This document shows positions 1-12,520 of a stretch of DNA of 53,054 nt, piece by piece (the first letter of the stretch is position 1; the number at the start of each line of letters is the position of its first letter). This DNA comes from Myxococcota bacterium (GTDB lineage: Bacteria; Myxococcota; Kuafuiibacteriia; Kuafuiibacteriales; Kuafuiibacteriaceae): the NCBI GenBank assembly GCA_039819565.1, contig JBCBRU010000003.1:1-53054 (forward strand), written 5' to 3'. The notes below the pieces were generated by a model. The model made no database searches and was not told the origin of the DNA. It saw nothing but the letters and a program-made list of their open reading frames with translations. The position numbers and the translations under genes are program-made.

Positions 1-97
1 AACGGAAGATAGGTGGGTTCGACTTTGCGACGCGCCTCCCGCCCCTTGGGCAAGTTGGCCTTGGTGTGCTCGCAGCGAATGAGAGCGAGGACCCGGG

Positions 98-3377
<3,280 letters not shown>

Positions 3378-3436
3378 ATGTGCACGTGTCTTCTCTACAG
3401 GCGGTACGCGCTCTTCGTTTCGTGCCACCATGAGCC

Positions 3437-4075
3437 GTGGCGAAGACTATCGAGTTCTTTTTCGATCTCTCCTCACCGTGGACCTGTCTGGCCTTTCACA
3501 ACATTCGAAAGCGCCTCGACCCTGAGGAGGTGACCATCCGATGGCGGCCCTTCTTGGTGGGAGGGGTCCACAATCAGGTCAACGAAGCCTACGTCGAGGC
3601 CCGCGCCAACGACATCTCCCAACCCAAATGGCGGCAGCTCATGCAGGCGCTGATGGACTGGGCCGCTCTCTCAGGGGTCACGATGAACTTCCCGTCTCAG
3701 TTCTTTCCGCTGCGCTCCGTCCACGCCATGCGGTTCTGTTGCGCTCTCGAACACGATCCGGCGGCGCTGGTGCGGTTCGCTGAGGTTGGTTTCGAAGCCT
3801 ATTATACGGATCAGAAAAACCTCGATGATCCCGAGGTGCTCACGGTCCTGGCGGAAGCGGCGGGCTTGGACGGCGAGGCGCTTCGTCGACGGTCGACGGA
3901 GCAGGAGATCAAAGACCACCTGCGGGCCAATACCGCCGAGGCGGTGGAGCGGGGGGCCTTCGGGTCTCCCAGCATCTTCGTGCCTTTCGGCGAGGGGGAG
4001 CGCCTCTACTTTGGAAACGACCAACTCCCCCTAGTGGAGTGGGCCCTCGATCAGAGCGTGTCTCCAACGTCGTAG
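3437..4075 (+). CDS. 2-hydroxychromene-2-carboxylate isomerase / DsbA-like GST-kappa family protein
   Basis: IEFFFDLSSPW, RGAFGSPS, YFGNDQL motifs. Confidence 0.85.
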   Translation: MAKTIEFFFDLSSPWTCLAFHNIRKRLDPEEVTIRWRPFLVGGVHNQVNEAYVEARANDISQPKWRQLMQALMDWAALSGVTMNFPSQFFPLRSVHAMRFCCALEHDPAALVRFAEVGFEAYYTDQKNLDDPEVLTVLAEAAGLDGEALRRRSTEQEIKDHLRANTAEAVERGAFGSPSIFVPFGEGERLYFGNDQLPLVEWALDQSVSPTS

Positions 4076-4527
4076 GGGTCCCATCCCACCGAACGCCCTC
4101 GGGCGGTCGGACGGGAAGTCGCGACGGGCGCGGGCGCAGGCTTGGGCTTCGGTGCGGCGGGAGCCCGCGGGGCGGCCGCGACCGGTTTGGCGGCGACCGG
4201 TTGGGTCGCGGGGGTGGTGGGCTTTCGTGCCGTAGGGGGCTGTGTCCAAGACGGCGGCAGCTTCGGCATCCAGGACGTCCGAGTCGGCGGGGCCCGTTTG
4301 GGGGCTGCCGACGTCGACGTGAGCGTTTCCATGTCCTCCAAGGCCTCGATCGACGCGCGAAGGTCGGCGGCGCCTAGCTTCACCTTCCGAGCGTCCGGGG
4401 CGAGGCTGGGGTCCGGGTCCGCGACGATGGTGACGTAGACGTCCGTCCCATCGGTCGAGAGCTCGACCTTCGTCGTCTTATCGGCCGGATCCTTGGGGGT
4501 GTGGATCGTGACCCGACGGGTGACCAT
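4051..4527 (-). CDS. hypothetical protein with Pro/Ala/Thr-rich C-terminal half
   Basis: GAAGGAAGGGA upstream of the ATG, coding-like codon use, convergent 25-bp overlap with the upstream gene. Confidence 0.55.
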   Translation of the reverse strand: MVTRRVTIHTPKDPADKTTKVELSTDGTDVYVTIVADPDPSLAPDARKVKLGAADLRASIEALEDMETLTSTSAAPKRAPPTRTSWMPKLPPSWTQPPTARKPTTPATQPVAAKPVAAAPRAPAAPKPKPAPAPVATSRPTARGRSVGWDPYDVGDTL

Positions 4528-4750
4528 GTCCCTTCCTTCGGCCGCTCCGGGAGGAATCCGAGAGTGGGGGCCGTCGCGTCGCCTCGCTTGCCGCTTCGAA
4601 GAGCGAAATCGTGCCGAAACGGAAGAAGATGCGGGACCGACGGAAGACGAGCTCCTCTTCGAGCTCGCCTGTCAGCTCGAAGCGGCGCGACCGTAGACGC
4701 GTCGACGTCCGGGCATCGTCGGCTCGACTCCGATACCCTATGCTCCCGAC

Positions 4751-6478
4751 GTGAACACTCTCCGGGCCGTCTCACGGATGCTCTCCTGGCTAGGGCTGGG
4801 GCTTGTCGCGTGCGCGGCGTCGTCGGCGAACGAGACCGCGGTGATTCAGCCCGAGGGCGTTCAGCTTTCGTCCGACGTGACCGTCCGTCCCTTGACCGAG
4901 ACGGTTTGGCTCCACACCAGCCTGAAGGCTCTCCGCCGGTGGGGGCTGATTCGCACCAACGGTCTGATCGTGATCAGCGAGCGAGAGCTCACGCTCGTCG
5001 ATACGGCCTGGACGGTTCCGCAGACCAAGATCATCTTGGATTGGGCCACTCGTACCTTCGATCGCCCCGTGACGCGCGCGGTGCTGACCCACGCCCACGA
5101 CGACAAGATGGGCGGGGTGGCGGCGCTTCGGGCCCAGAAGGTCCGTACCTATGCCCATCAGCTCTCGAATATGGCGGCCCCTCGGGTCGGCCTCCTTCCT
5201 GCGGACAGGGCTCTCGCCTTCGATTCCGCGGGCTTCGTGCGGGTGGGGGCGGTGACCGCATACTATCCGGGCCCGGGGCATACCATCGACAACATCGTGG
5301 TCGCCGCGCCCGGGCAGGTCCTCTTCGGTGGTTGTTTGATTCGCCCCGGCGGCACCAAGTCCCTCGGCAACACGGCCGATGCCGACGTTGCGTACTGGGA
5401 CGAATCTGTCGCGAGCGTGAAGCGCGCCTTTCCCGCCGCCACCACCGTCGTCCCCAGCCACGGGCCGCCCGCGGGTCCGGAGCTGCTCGACGCGACGATC
5501 GCCCTCGCGCGCTCGGCGGACGTCGGCGTTGGGCTCGAAGGCCTGTGGACGCGGACCCATCGCGTCGTCACCCGCTACGAGAAGCTCCTCGCTGCCTCGC
5601 ACGGAGGATCTACCCCAACGAGGCTCGCCCGCGAGCTCGGGGTGCCGAGCGACGACGTGGATGGGTTTCTCAACTTTGCCCTCAACTACGGCCCTACCTC
5701 GATCTCGGTGGAGCGGCTGCGGATCCGCTACCCTCACTATGCTCCGGGCCCGGTCCAGGCCGACCTGGAGCGGCTGGCCCAGCGCGGCTGGCTCGCTCCG
5801 GAAAACCTGGAAGGCACGTTTGCGGTCACGCCGAAGGGGCGCGCCCTCGTCCAGCGCGCCTTCGTTCTCGAAGTCGAGATCGCAACCCAAGCTTCAAAAG
5901 GAGCCGAGGCTGCCCTCGGGCGCATCGCCTCGGTGCTGGGGAGGGTTGCCGAAGCTGCTTCGGGTCTCGACGACGGCGAAGTCAATACATCGATCGCGTG
6001 GAGACGGGCGGCGTTTCGTCAGCCGGCCTCGGCTCCTCCCTTTGCCCAAGCGACTCAGACCTTGCGCGACGTCGTCGCCTTCACAGACGACAATGCTCAC
6101 TCCCGACTTCATCGTTTGCGCCGCAAGGCCCCTTTCCCAGAGGGGGTCGACGCCCTCGGCCAGGAGCTCTTTTCGGCCCTGCGCGGGGGGCAGACCTACC
6201 CGCTTGCTCACTGCGCTGCCCACGGTACCTGGAGGGTAGGAAGCAAAGCCTGTCGAGCCTCCATGGACGCCCTCGTGCGGCTGGGCTTGGTTGAGCTAGG
6301 GGACGAAGGCCAGTTTCGGCAGACCAGGCTGGGGGCAGCGTTTTCGGATATGGCCGACCGCGAGGCACACCGGCGCCTCTACCGGACGTGGCAGACGTTG
6401 AGCGCGGATGAGCTCAGCGCTTTTCGAGCCGCTTTGGCCCGCCTCGAGGCTGAGGCTGACGCTCTCGAGCTCCGCTGA
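4751..6478 (+). CDS. subclass B1 (NDM-like) metallo-beta-lactamase lipoprotein fused to a C-terminal tandem winged-helix-like domain
   Basis: Lipobox LVAC. THAHDDKMGG, YPGPGHTIDN, FGGCLI, KSLGN and VVPSHG give the full B1 Zn-ligand set. About 310 extra C-terminal aa. Confidence 0.85.
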   Translation: MNTLRAVSRMLSWLGLGLVACAASSANETAVIQPEGVQLSSDVTVRPLTETVWLHTSLKALRRWGLIRTNGLIVISERELTLVDTAWTVPQTKIILDWATRTFDRPVTRAVLTHAHDDKMGGVAALRAQKVRTYAHQLSNMAAPRVGLLPADRALAFDSAGFVRVGAVTAYYPGPGHTIDNIVVAAPGQVLFGGCLIRPGGTKSLGNTADADVAYWDESVASVKRAFPAATTVVPSHGPPAGPELLDATIALARSADVGVGLEGLWTRTHRVVTRYEKLLAASHGGSTPTRLARELGVPSDDVDGFLNFALNYGPTSISVERLRIRYPHYAPGPVQADLERLAQRGWLAPENLEGTFAVTPKGRALVQRAFVLEVEIATQASKGAEAALGRIASVLGRVAEAASGLDDGEVNTSIAWRRAAFRQPASAPPFAQATQTLRDVVAFTDDNAHSRLHRLRRKAPFPEGVDALGQELFSALRGGQTYPLAHCAAHGTWRVGSKACRASMDALVRLGLVELGDEGQFRQTRLGAAFSDMADREAHRRLYRTWQTLSADELSAFRAALARLEAEADALELR

Positions 6479-6593
6479 GCCTGACCCTGACCGCTCGTTG
6501 GACTCCCGCCCGGCCCCCGGCGGTGGGGACCTCGAGGCGGATGGAGCCGAGCCCACTAAAGACACGGCCCGTCCCCTGAGCGATGCTCTTGGC

Positions 6594-7217
6594 ATGTACG
6601 TGCTGCACGGTGCCCCGGGGAGCGGGGCTGCGATCATCGAGTTTGCGCTGGCCGAGCTCGGCTTGGGCTATCGCTACATGCTCGTGTCCCTGCGGGACGA
6701 AGCTCAGCGAGACGAGGCCTACGCCGAGCTGAACCCGCATCGAAAGGTGCCCACGCTGATCACTCCGGACGGCGAGACGCTGACGGAGTCGGCGGCGATC
6801 CTGCTTACCCTGGAGGAGCGCCACCCAGGCTCCGAGCTTCTTCCTCCGGCGGGGTCCCAGGAGCGAGCGCAGGCCCTTCGGCTTCTCCTGTTCGCTGCGA
6901 CCGAGCTCTATCCGATCATCGAGATCGTCGACTATCCCGAGCGTTTTGGGCCGGAAGCGGTCAAGGAGGCCATCAAGGCGCGGGCGCTCGAGACGTGGCG
7001 AGGTCGCTGGCTCTTGGTGGAGTCCAAACTGGAATCCGGCCCTTTCCTCTTCGGGGACCAGCTCTCGATCGTAGACCTCTATCTTGCGGTTCTGTCGCGC
7101 TGGGACCTTCGTCCTGAGGACCGCGAAGCACTCCCTCGAGTCGTGGCCCTTTCCCGGGCCGTCGCCGAGCGCCCCGCTCTCCGAGAGCTTTGGCTCCGCA
7201 ACTTCCCCGCGAAATAA
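6594..7217 (+). CDS. glutathione S-transferase family protein
   Basis: LNPHRKVPTL, LTESAAIL, GPFLFGDQLSIVDLYL; start placed at ATG 6594. Confidence 0.9.
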   Translation: MYVLHGAPGSGAAIIEFALAELGLGYRYMLVSLRDEAQRDEAYAELNPHRKVPTLITPDGETLTESAAILLTLEERHPGSELLPPAGSQERAQALRLLLFAATELYPIIEIVDYPERFGPEAVKEAIKARALETWRGRWLLVESKLESGPFLFGDQLSIVDLYLAVLSRWDLRPEDREALPRVVALSRAVAERPALRELWLRNFPAK

Positions 7218-7252
7218 CGCCGCGTCTCCTAATCACCCTGACGGGATACTAG

Positions 7253-8124
7253 GGGCTGTCGGCAAATGTGCTCGATCTTCGCGTAACCAGATCGATTTGT
7301 CCGTTTTCGCCCTTTCGGGACGATCCAGATCATGATCTACCCTACTCGATGACACGGCGACGCTTTGATCTGTCGAACGAGCAGTGGGAGCGACTGGCTC
7401 CTTTGCTGCCTCCTCAGCGGCCGCGTCGTGCCGGTCGGCCGGCGTTGTGCCACCGCAAGATGCTCAACGGGATGCTGTGGGTACTGAGGACGGGCGCTCC
7501 TTGGCGCGACCTGCCGCCAGCCTACGGCCGATGGACATCAGTCTACAGCCGGTTTCTGCGCTGGAGCAAAGCTGGCTTGCTTCAGGCAGTCCTCGAGGAA
7601 CTCGCCAAAGAAGCCGACGACGAATACATGCTGGTAGATGGTTCGCTCGTGCGCGTGCATCAGGATGCGGTGGGAGGAAAAAAAACGGATCAGAATGCGT
7701 AGGGGCATCACGAGGAGGCTCTACGACGAAGATCAACGCGCTCTGCGATGCCCTTGGAAACCCCGTCCGAATTCTGCTCGGGGAAGGAAGCGGCCACGAC
7801 CTCAGGTTCGCCCCCGAGCTCGTGCAGCAGCTTTCCAGCACCACCGTCATAGCTGACAAGGGGTACGACTCCACTCGCTTCATCGAGCAACTTGAAATGC
7901 AGGGATGCGCCGTGATCATACCCGCACGGGCGAATCGGAAACAGCCCCGCGAATACGATAGGCACACCTACAAGGACCGCCGCTATGTGGAGATCTTCTT
8001 CCAGAAGATTAAGCGTTTCCGGCGCATCGCGACCCGCTACGAAAAGCTCGCCGCGACCTACGAAGCGATGGTGGTACTGGCCTCGGTCTTGGTCTGGCTA
8101 CGTTGATGGATTTGCCGACAGCCC
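7253..8124 (+). mobile_element. IS5-family insertion sequence (IS427-like), 872 bp
   Basis: Perfect 15-bp TIRs GGGCTGTCGGCAAAT (7253-7267) / ATTTGCCGACAGCCC (8110-8124), CTAG on both flanks (7249-7252, 8125-8128), two-ORF transposase inside. Confidence 0.95.
7349..8106 (+). CDS. IS5-family transposase, OrfA (7349-7702) + OrfB joined by -1 frameshift at A8 (7678-7685)
   Basis: LRTGAPWRDLP, VDGSLVRVHQ, SRGGSTTKI, IADKGYDS, KRFRRIATRYEK; OrfB is in the -1 frame across GGAAAAAAAAC. Confidence 0.9.
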
Positions 8125-9747
8125 CTAGTAAAGGTCGGTGAACGAGACCTGAACGGACCGGAGGGTCCGGCCACCGGCCGCCACCGTGCTCCCGGTGGTC
8201 CTCTCGAGCTCCGAACCTCGGAAGTAGTACGGCCGGGCGACGAAGGTCTCGACGGTGTCCTCGGGGACCGCGAAGTATAGGGGCGCGCTTAGCCCCTCGA
8301 GGTGGCGACCGTGAAGATACATCACCAGAGCGTGCTCAGTGGAGTGATAGCCGTTTTTCCATTCGTTGCACTTGAAGGTGTCGTTGGGGGGCCCCTGGTA
8401 GACCGGCTGGCCTTGGGGCGTCAGGCCCGTGAAGACTTCGAAGTTCCACTGTCGATCGACGTAGGCGTCCAGCCAAGCCTGCCCCGAAGAGGCGAGGCGA
8501 TCGGTGTAGGCGCCGCTGGCTAGGTTGCGGGTGGCCGCCATCTGCTCGGCTTCGGCGTAGATCCACCAGTCTGAACCCCCCTCATTCTGGGTCGCGGAGG
8601 TGGGTCGCTTCATCCAACGTTGTCCGTCGTGGGCACGGGCGATCCAGGTGTCGACATGCTCGTCGAGCCACTGTTGAAAGGGATGATCGGAGAGCCGCTT
8701 GTCGACCTCCAGCAGCATCCAATAAGCCTTTAAGGTGTGGCCGAAGTCCACGTGGCGGGTCCGGTACTGGCCCTTCTTGGTGGAGACGCCCCAGAAGATC
8801 CCGTCCTGCCAGAAATGGCGAATCATCGCATCACTGAGCCGGCGAAGGTCGTCGAGGGCCTCGGCCCGGCGGCTCTCCTCGGAGAGGACAGGTTGCGCGA
8901 GCAGCAGGAACGCGTTGATCGCGTCCAGCTGGGCTACGAGTTCCCAACCCCCGTCCTGCTCCTGATCGACCTCGGAGAGGAGGTCCGGCGAGCGGCCATC
9001 GCGGATGCGCTCAGCGTCGGCGTCCCAGAAGGTGCTCGGGTCGAAGAGGAGGTCGCGCAAGGACAGGAGCGCCGCTTCCGCTTCGGGGTCTCGGGTCACG
9101 AAAAACCACGCGGCCATGCCGAGGGCGCAATACGCCGTATCCTGCGCATACTTCGGTCCCTCGAGCGCGGAGCCATCCTCACGGAGACGTTCGTGACAGC
9201 CGCCCCGGGGATCGACCGCGTGATCCAAGAGCCATCGCACCCCGAGCCCCGCTCGCTCGAGGAGGGCGGCCTCCCCGGTGAGGAGGTAGCCCATGGCGTA
9301 GGCATAGATCTGGCGCGAGATCATGCGGGGACGCCGCTCGCTCCGGCCGGCAGGGCGCCCCGAGCGCCCGCGGAAGGTGGGATAGTTGCCGGGCGGGGTC
9401 CCCAGAGCGTCGTCCTGCATCCAGAACGGACGGACGTCTTCGACCCAGTGGGTCTTCCAGCGATCTCCGGCGAGGACGTCGGGTACCGCTCCGGTGGCTG
9501 GGACGTGCGCGTAGCCTGAGGGGCCCGCGTCAGGAGAGCTTGCGTCGCCTGCTCCCGCGTCGGGGGCGGCCGCGTCGGCAGCGCCGGTATCTGCGACCCC
9601 GGCGTCGGAGTTCGGGTTGACCCCGGCGTCGAGGACCCCGCCCGCATCCGAGGGGGAAGGGGGAGCGTCGTCACCGCAGGCCGCGACCAGGGCCATGACG
9701 AGAACGAGTGAGAAGAGCACTGCGCGCCGAGAGGAGGTGAGGTTCAT
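8125..9747 (-). CDS. AGE/cellobiose-2-epimerase superfamily (alpha/alpha)6 protein, predicted lipoprotein with DAG-rich stalk
   Basis: Lipobox LVAAC; RMISRQIYAY, VDFGH, WWIYAE, WKNGYH motifs; ATG 9747 overlaps the malG stop. Confidence 0.7.
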   Translation of the reverse strand: MNLTSSRRAVLFSLVLVMALVAACGDDAPPSPSDAGGVLDAGVNPNSDAGVADTGAADAAAPDAGAGDASSPDAGPSGYAHVPATGAVPDVLAGDRWKTHWVEDVRPFWMQDDALGTPPGNYPTFRGRSGRPAGRSERRPRMISRQIYAYAMGYLLTGEAALLERAGLGVRWLLDHAVDPRGGCHERLREDGSALEGPKYAQDTAYCALGMAAWFFVTRDPEAEAALLSLRDLLFDPSTFWDADAERIRDGRSPDLLSEVDQEQDGGWELVAQLDAINAFLLLAQPVLSEESRRAEALDDLRRLSDAMIRHFWQDGIFWGVSTKKGQYRTRHVDFGHTLKAYWMLLEVDKRLSDHPFQQWLDEHVDTWIARAHDGQRWMKRPTSATQNEGGSDWWIYAEAEQMAATRNLASGAYTDRLASSGQAWLDAYVDRQWNFEVFTGLTPQGQPVYQGPPNDTFKCNEWKNGYHSTEHALVMYLHGRHLEGLSAPLYFAVPEDTVETFVARPYYFRGSELERTTGSTVAAGGRTLRSVQVSFTDLY

Positions 9748-10577
9748 CCTTTGACCCCTCCCGCCGTGAGGCCTCCCACCAGCTGCTTTTGCAGGGCGAA
9801 GAAGAGGATGACCACCGGGATGGACACGAGGATGGCCCCGGCCGAGAAGTACCCCCACTCGGTGCTGTGTGCTCCCACCATCTGCTTGAGACCCACCGGA
9901 AGGGTGTAACCTTCCTCCCGATTCATGAAGGTCGCGGCGAGGATGAACTCGTTCCAGGCCGTCATGAACGAGAAGAGCGCCGTCACCGCCACCGCCGGGA
10001 GACTCAAGGGGAGCATGATGCGCCAGAAGATCATGCCCCGAGTGGCCCCGTCCATCAGAGCTGCCTCTTCGAGGTCCTTGGGGATGGTGTCGAAATATCC
10101 TTTGAGCATCCACACGCAGAAGGGAATGGCGGTGGTCGCGTAGAGAAGCACCAGACCCGGCAGCATGTCGAGAAGCCCGAGTCCATCCATGATGTTATAG
10201 AGGGGCACCATCATCAAGACCCCGGGGAACATCTGCACGACCAGGAAGGCGATCATCCCCGTGCTGCGTCCCGGGAACTTGAAGCGGCTGAGCGCGTACG
10301 CGGCGGTGCAGGCCAGGAAAACGCCAAGCAAAGTGGTCGCGGCCGAAACCAGGATGCTGTTGATCCCCCACACCACGAAGGGGCGGTCCGTGAATAGATG
10401 AAAGAAGTTCCCGAAGCTGGGATTCTCGGGGAGGGGGTTCAGGCTGCTGTCGAAGCCCTGACTGGGCGAGAAGGCCATCTTGACGACCCACATCACCGGG
10501 AAGAGTGTGGCCAGACTGAAGAGGACCAGAAAGACGTTCTTGAGTACCCCGCCAAAGCGGGTTCTGTCCTGGGTCAT
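9744..10577 (-). CDS. malG: maltodextrin ABC transporter permease (MalG-like)
   Basis: AAYALSRFKFPG, LKGYFDTIPKDLEEAALMDGA (EAA loop), AWNEFILA. Confidence 0.9.
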   Translation of the reverse strand: MTQDRTRFGGVLKNVFLVLFSLATLFPVMWVVKMAFSPSQGFDSSLNPLPENPSFGNFFHLFTDRPFVVWGINSILVSAATTLLGVFLACTAAYALSRFKFPGRSTGMIAFLVVQMFPGVLMMVPLYNIMDGLGLLDMLPGLVLLYATTAIPFCVWMLKGYFDTIPKDLEEAALMDGATRGMIFWRIMLPLSLPAVAVTALFSFMTAWNEFILAATFMNREEGYTLPVGLKQMVGAHSTEWGYFSAGAILVSIPVVILFFALQKQLVGGLTAGGVKG

Positions 10578-12520
10578 TCGAAGGCTCCCTTCGTGGCCCC
10601 TGTGATCCGGTTGGTGACCAGGGTGAAGGCGAGGAGGATAAGGAAAATGATCATCGAATAGGCCGCGGCGTACCCGGGGCGGTCGAACTCGAAGGCCCAC
10701 CGGTAAGCCTCGGTGATGAGGATGTCCGTGGCTCCGTTGGGCGCCCCTCCGCTCACCAGATAGATGATGTTGAACATGTTGAAGGTCCACACGGTGCCCA
10801 CTATGACGGCGGGGACCAGGGCGGGTAGGAGGAGCGGGAACGTGATCTTGCTGAAGCGCTGCCAACGCGAGGCGCCGTCCACTCGAGCCGCCTCATAGAG
10901 GTCCGTGGGGATGCTCTGGAGAGCCCCGAGGCTCACCACCATCATGAAGGGGAAGCCAAGCCAGGTGTTGGTGGCGACGTTGGCGGTGAAGGCCGGCCAG
11001 AAGGTCTGAAACCAGGACATGCCTTCCACTCCGAAGACCTCTAGGAACGCATTCACGGCTCCAAACTGCTTGTGGAACATGCTCTTCCAGATGAGAGCGG
11101 TGATGTAGTTGGGGATCGCCCAAGGTACGACGAGGATGACCCGATAGATGCCCTTTGCTTTGAGCATCTGGTCGTTGAGAAGGAGCGCCAACCCCAAGCC
11201 GATGCCCACGTGCAGGATCTCATTCGAGATCGTCCAGAGGAGCGTGACTCCTAGGGTGAAGTAGAAGTTGCGCGGGTCATAGATGTTTCCGTCGGAGAGA
11301 ATGTCTACGTAGTTTTGAAGACCGACGAACTGAAACTCGTTGTAGACCCGACTCTGGAAGCTGAGAGCCACACCGTAGGTCACGGGAATGAAGACCAGGA
11401 CGATGAGCCCCAGCATGGCTGGGCTCATGTAGGCGTAGGCCGAGCGGTGCCGATAGAGCGATCGACCGGCGCGCTCGAGGCGCCCGGTCAACCCCAGGAG
11501 CAGGAGCCCGAGGCCCAAAAGGCCAGCCCCGAGACCCCAGCGGAAAATGGTGGTGCGCTCGCCCCGACTGCGTTCGCCTAAGAAGGCGAGGGCGGTGTCG
11601 ACGGTGAAGCCGTCGGCCTCCACGCGTCTCACTTCGTCGGAGCGCGTGGTCGAGGCCACCGTCGAGGACCGCACTTCGGCCACGCGACCGGTGCTGCGGC
11701 CCTCCTCGTCGAGGCTCAAGTGGGTGGCCAGATCTGCGAGATGGTCCGCGGACGCCCCTCGCAGCAAGCCCGCTTTCGCAAGCCCTCCGACGACCGTCCC
11801 CACGGCGTCGGCGCGCTTGAGTCTCAGCCCGTCGCGCCAGCCCTGCAGGTGATCGAGCTGGGTGACGAACATGATGGCGAAGAGAGCCACGGCGGCCACG
11901 CTGGCTCCGAAGCCGCCGACCAGCCGAGCGATGGGAATGAACGTCAAAAACGCGAAGAGACCAAAGATGGCGAGGAAAATGGGAAACGGTGCGGACGCAT
12001 GCCCGGCCGGAAGTCGGACCTCGGCCATGGCTCGGAACTTTCGGGGGCTCGCCGGCGCCCGAGCCACCATCTCCTCGGCCTGACGCTCGGCAGAGGCGGT
12101 CGGATAAGGATCGCGCTCGAGCTCTGGATGTTTCTCGCGCTCGGCCAGGTTCTTGTCGACGTCGGTCTTCATGGCCCGAGCAGCGTCGAAGAGCGCCTTG
12201 TCACTCAGACTCTCCCGGTCGAGCCGGCTCCCGGCGCGCTCCGGGTCCGAATGGGCCAGGAACTTGGCCCGTACGAGAACCAGAGCTTCGTCGAGACCGC
12301 CGTGGGTCTTTAGGCTTTCGATCAGGGTTTGGGTCGCGCCTTTATCGACGTCCTTTGCAAGTTCTCTTTCGGCTGTCCAGGCAAGAGCCCGGGCCGTGAT
12401 CACCGCTCGGTCCCGCTCGAAGCGGCGGCCGTCGGCGTCTTGAATGACGTGAGCCAGAACGTAGAGAAGAAGGGTCGTGGCCCCCGCCGCGAGGGCTAAG
12501 AAGCCCGTCCGGTGGTTCAT
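10574..12520 (-). CDS. malF: maltodextrin ABC transporter permease (MalF-like) with a long N-terminal extension
   Basis: VPWAIPNYIT, NTWLGFPFMM, SIPTDLYEAARVDGA, FNMFNIIYL; about 350 extra N-terminal aa with TM segments. Confidence 0.85.
   Translation of the reverse strand: MNHRTGFLALAAGATTLLLYVLAHVIQDADGRRFERDRAVITARALAWTAERELAKDVDKGATQTLIESLKTHGGLDEALVLVRAKFLAHSDPERAGSRLDRESLSDKALFDAARAMKTDVDKNLAEREKHPELERDPYPTASAERQAEEMVARAPASPRKFRAMAEVRLPAGHASAPFPIFLAIFGLFAFLTFIPIARLVGGFGASVAAVALFAIMFVTQLDHLQGWRDGLRLKRADAVGTVVGGLAKAGLLRGASADHLADLATHLSLDEEGRSTGRVAEVRSSTVASTTRSDEVRRVEADGFTVDTALAFLGERSRGERTTIFRWGLGAGLLGLGLLLLGLTGRLERAGRSLYRHRSAYAYMSPAMLGLIVLVFIPVTYGVALSFQSRVYNEFQFVGLQNYVDILSDGNIYDPRNFYFTLGVTLLWTISNEILHVGIGLGLALLLNDQMLKAKGIYRVILVVPWAIPNYITALIWKSMFHKQFGAVNAFLEVFGVEGMSWFQTFWPAFTANVATNTWLGFPFMMVVSLGALQSIPTDLYEAARVDGASRWQRFSKITFPLLLPALVPAVIVGTVWTFNMFNIIYLVSGGAPNGATDILITEAYRWAFEFDRPGYAAAYSMIIFLILLAFTLVTNRITGATKGAFE

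Noticed and set aside
13-97. ORF-track N-terminus of the S41 peptidase
   Set aside because: Translated from the foldback copy.
4493-4696. 67-aa acidic-tailed small ORF
   Set aside because: Overlaps the start of the minus-strand gene, with no recognisable motif; unsupported.
4501-6294. 597-aa plus-strand ORF overlapping the beta-lactamase
   Set aside because: Alternative frame with Arg-rich nonsense composition; the MBL frame holds the motifs.
4751-8124. Composite transposon mobilising the beta-lactamase
   Set aside because: Only one IS copy, no flanking partner, and the MBL gene composition looks like the surrounding DNA.
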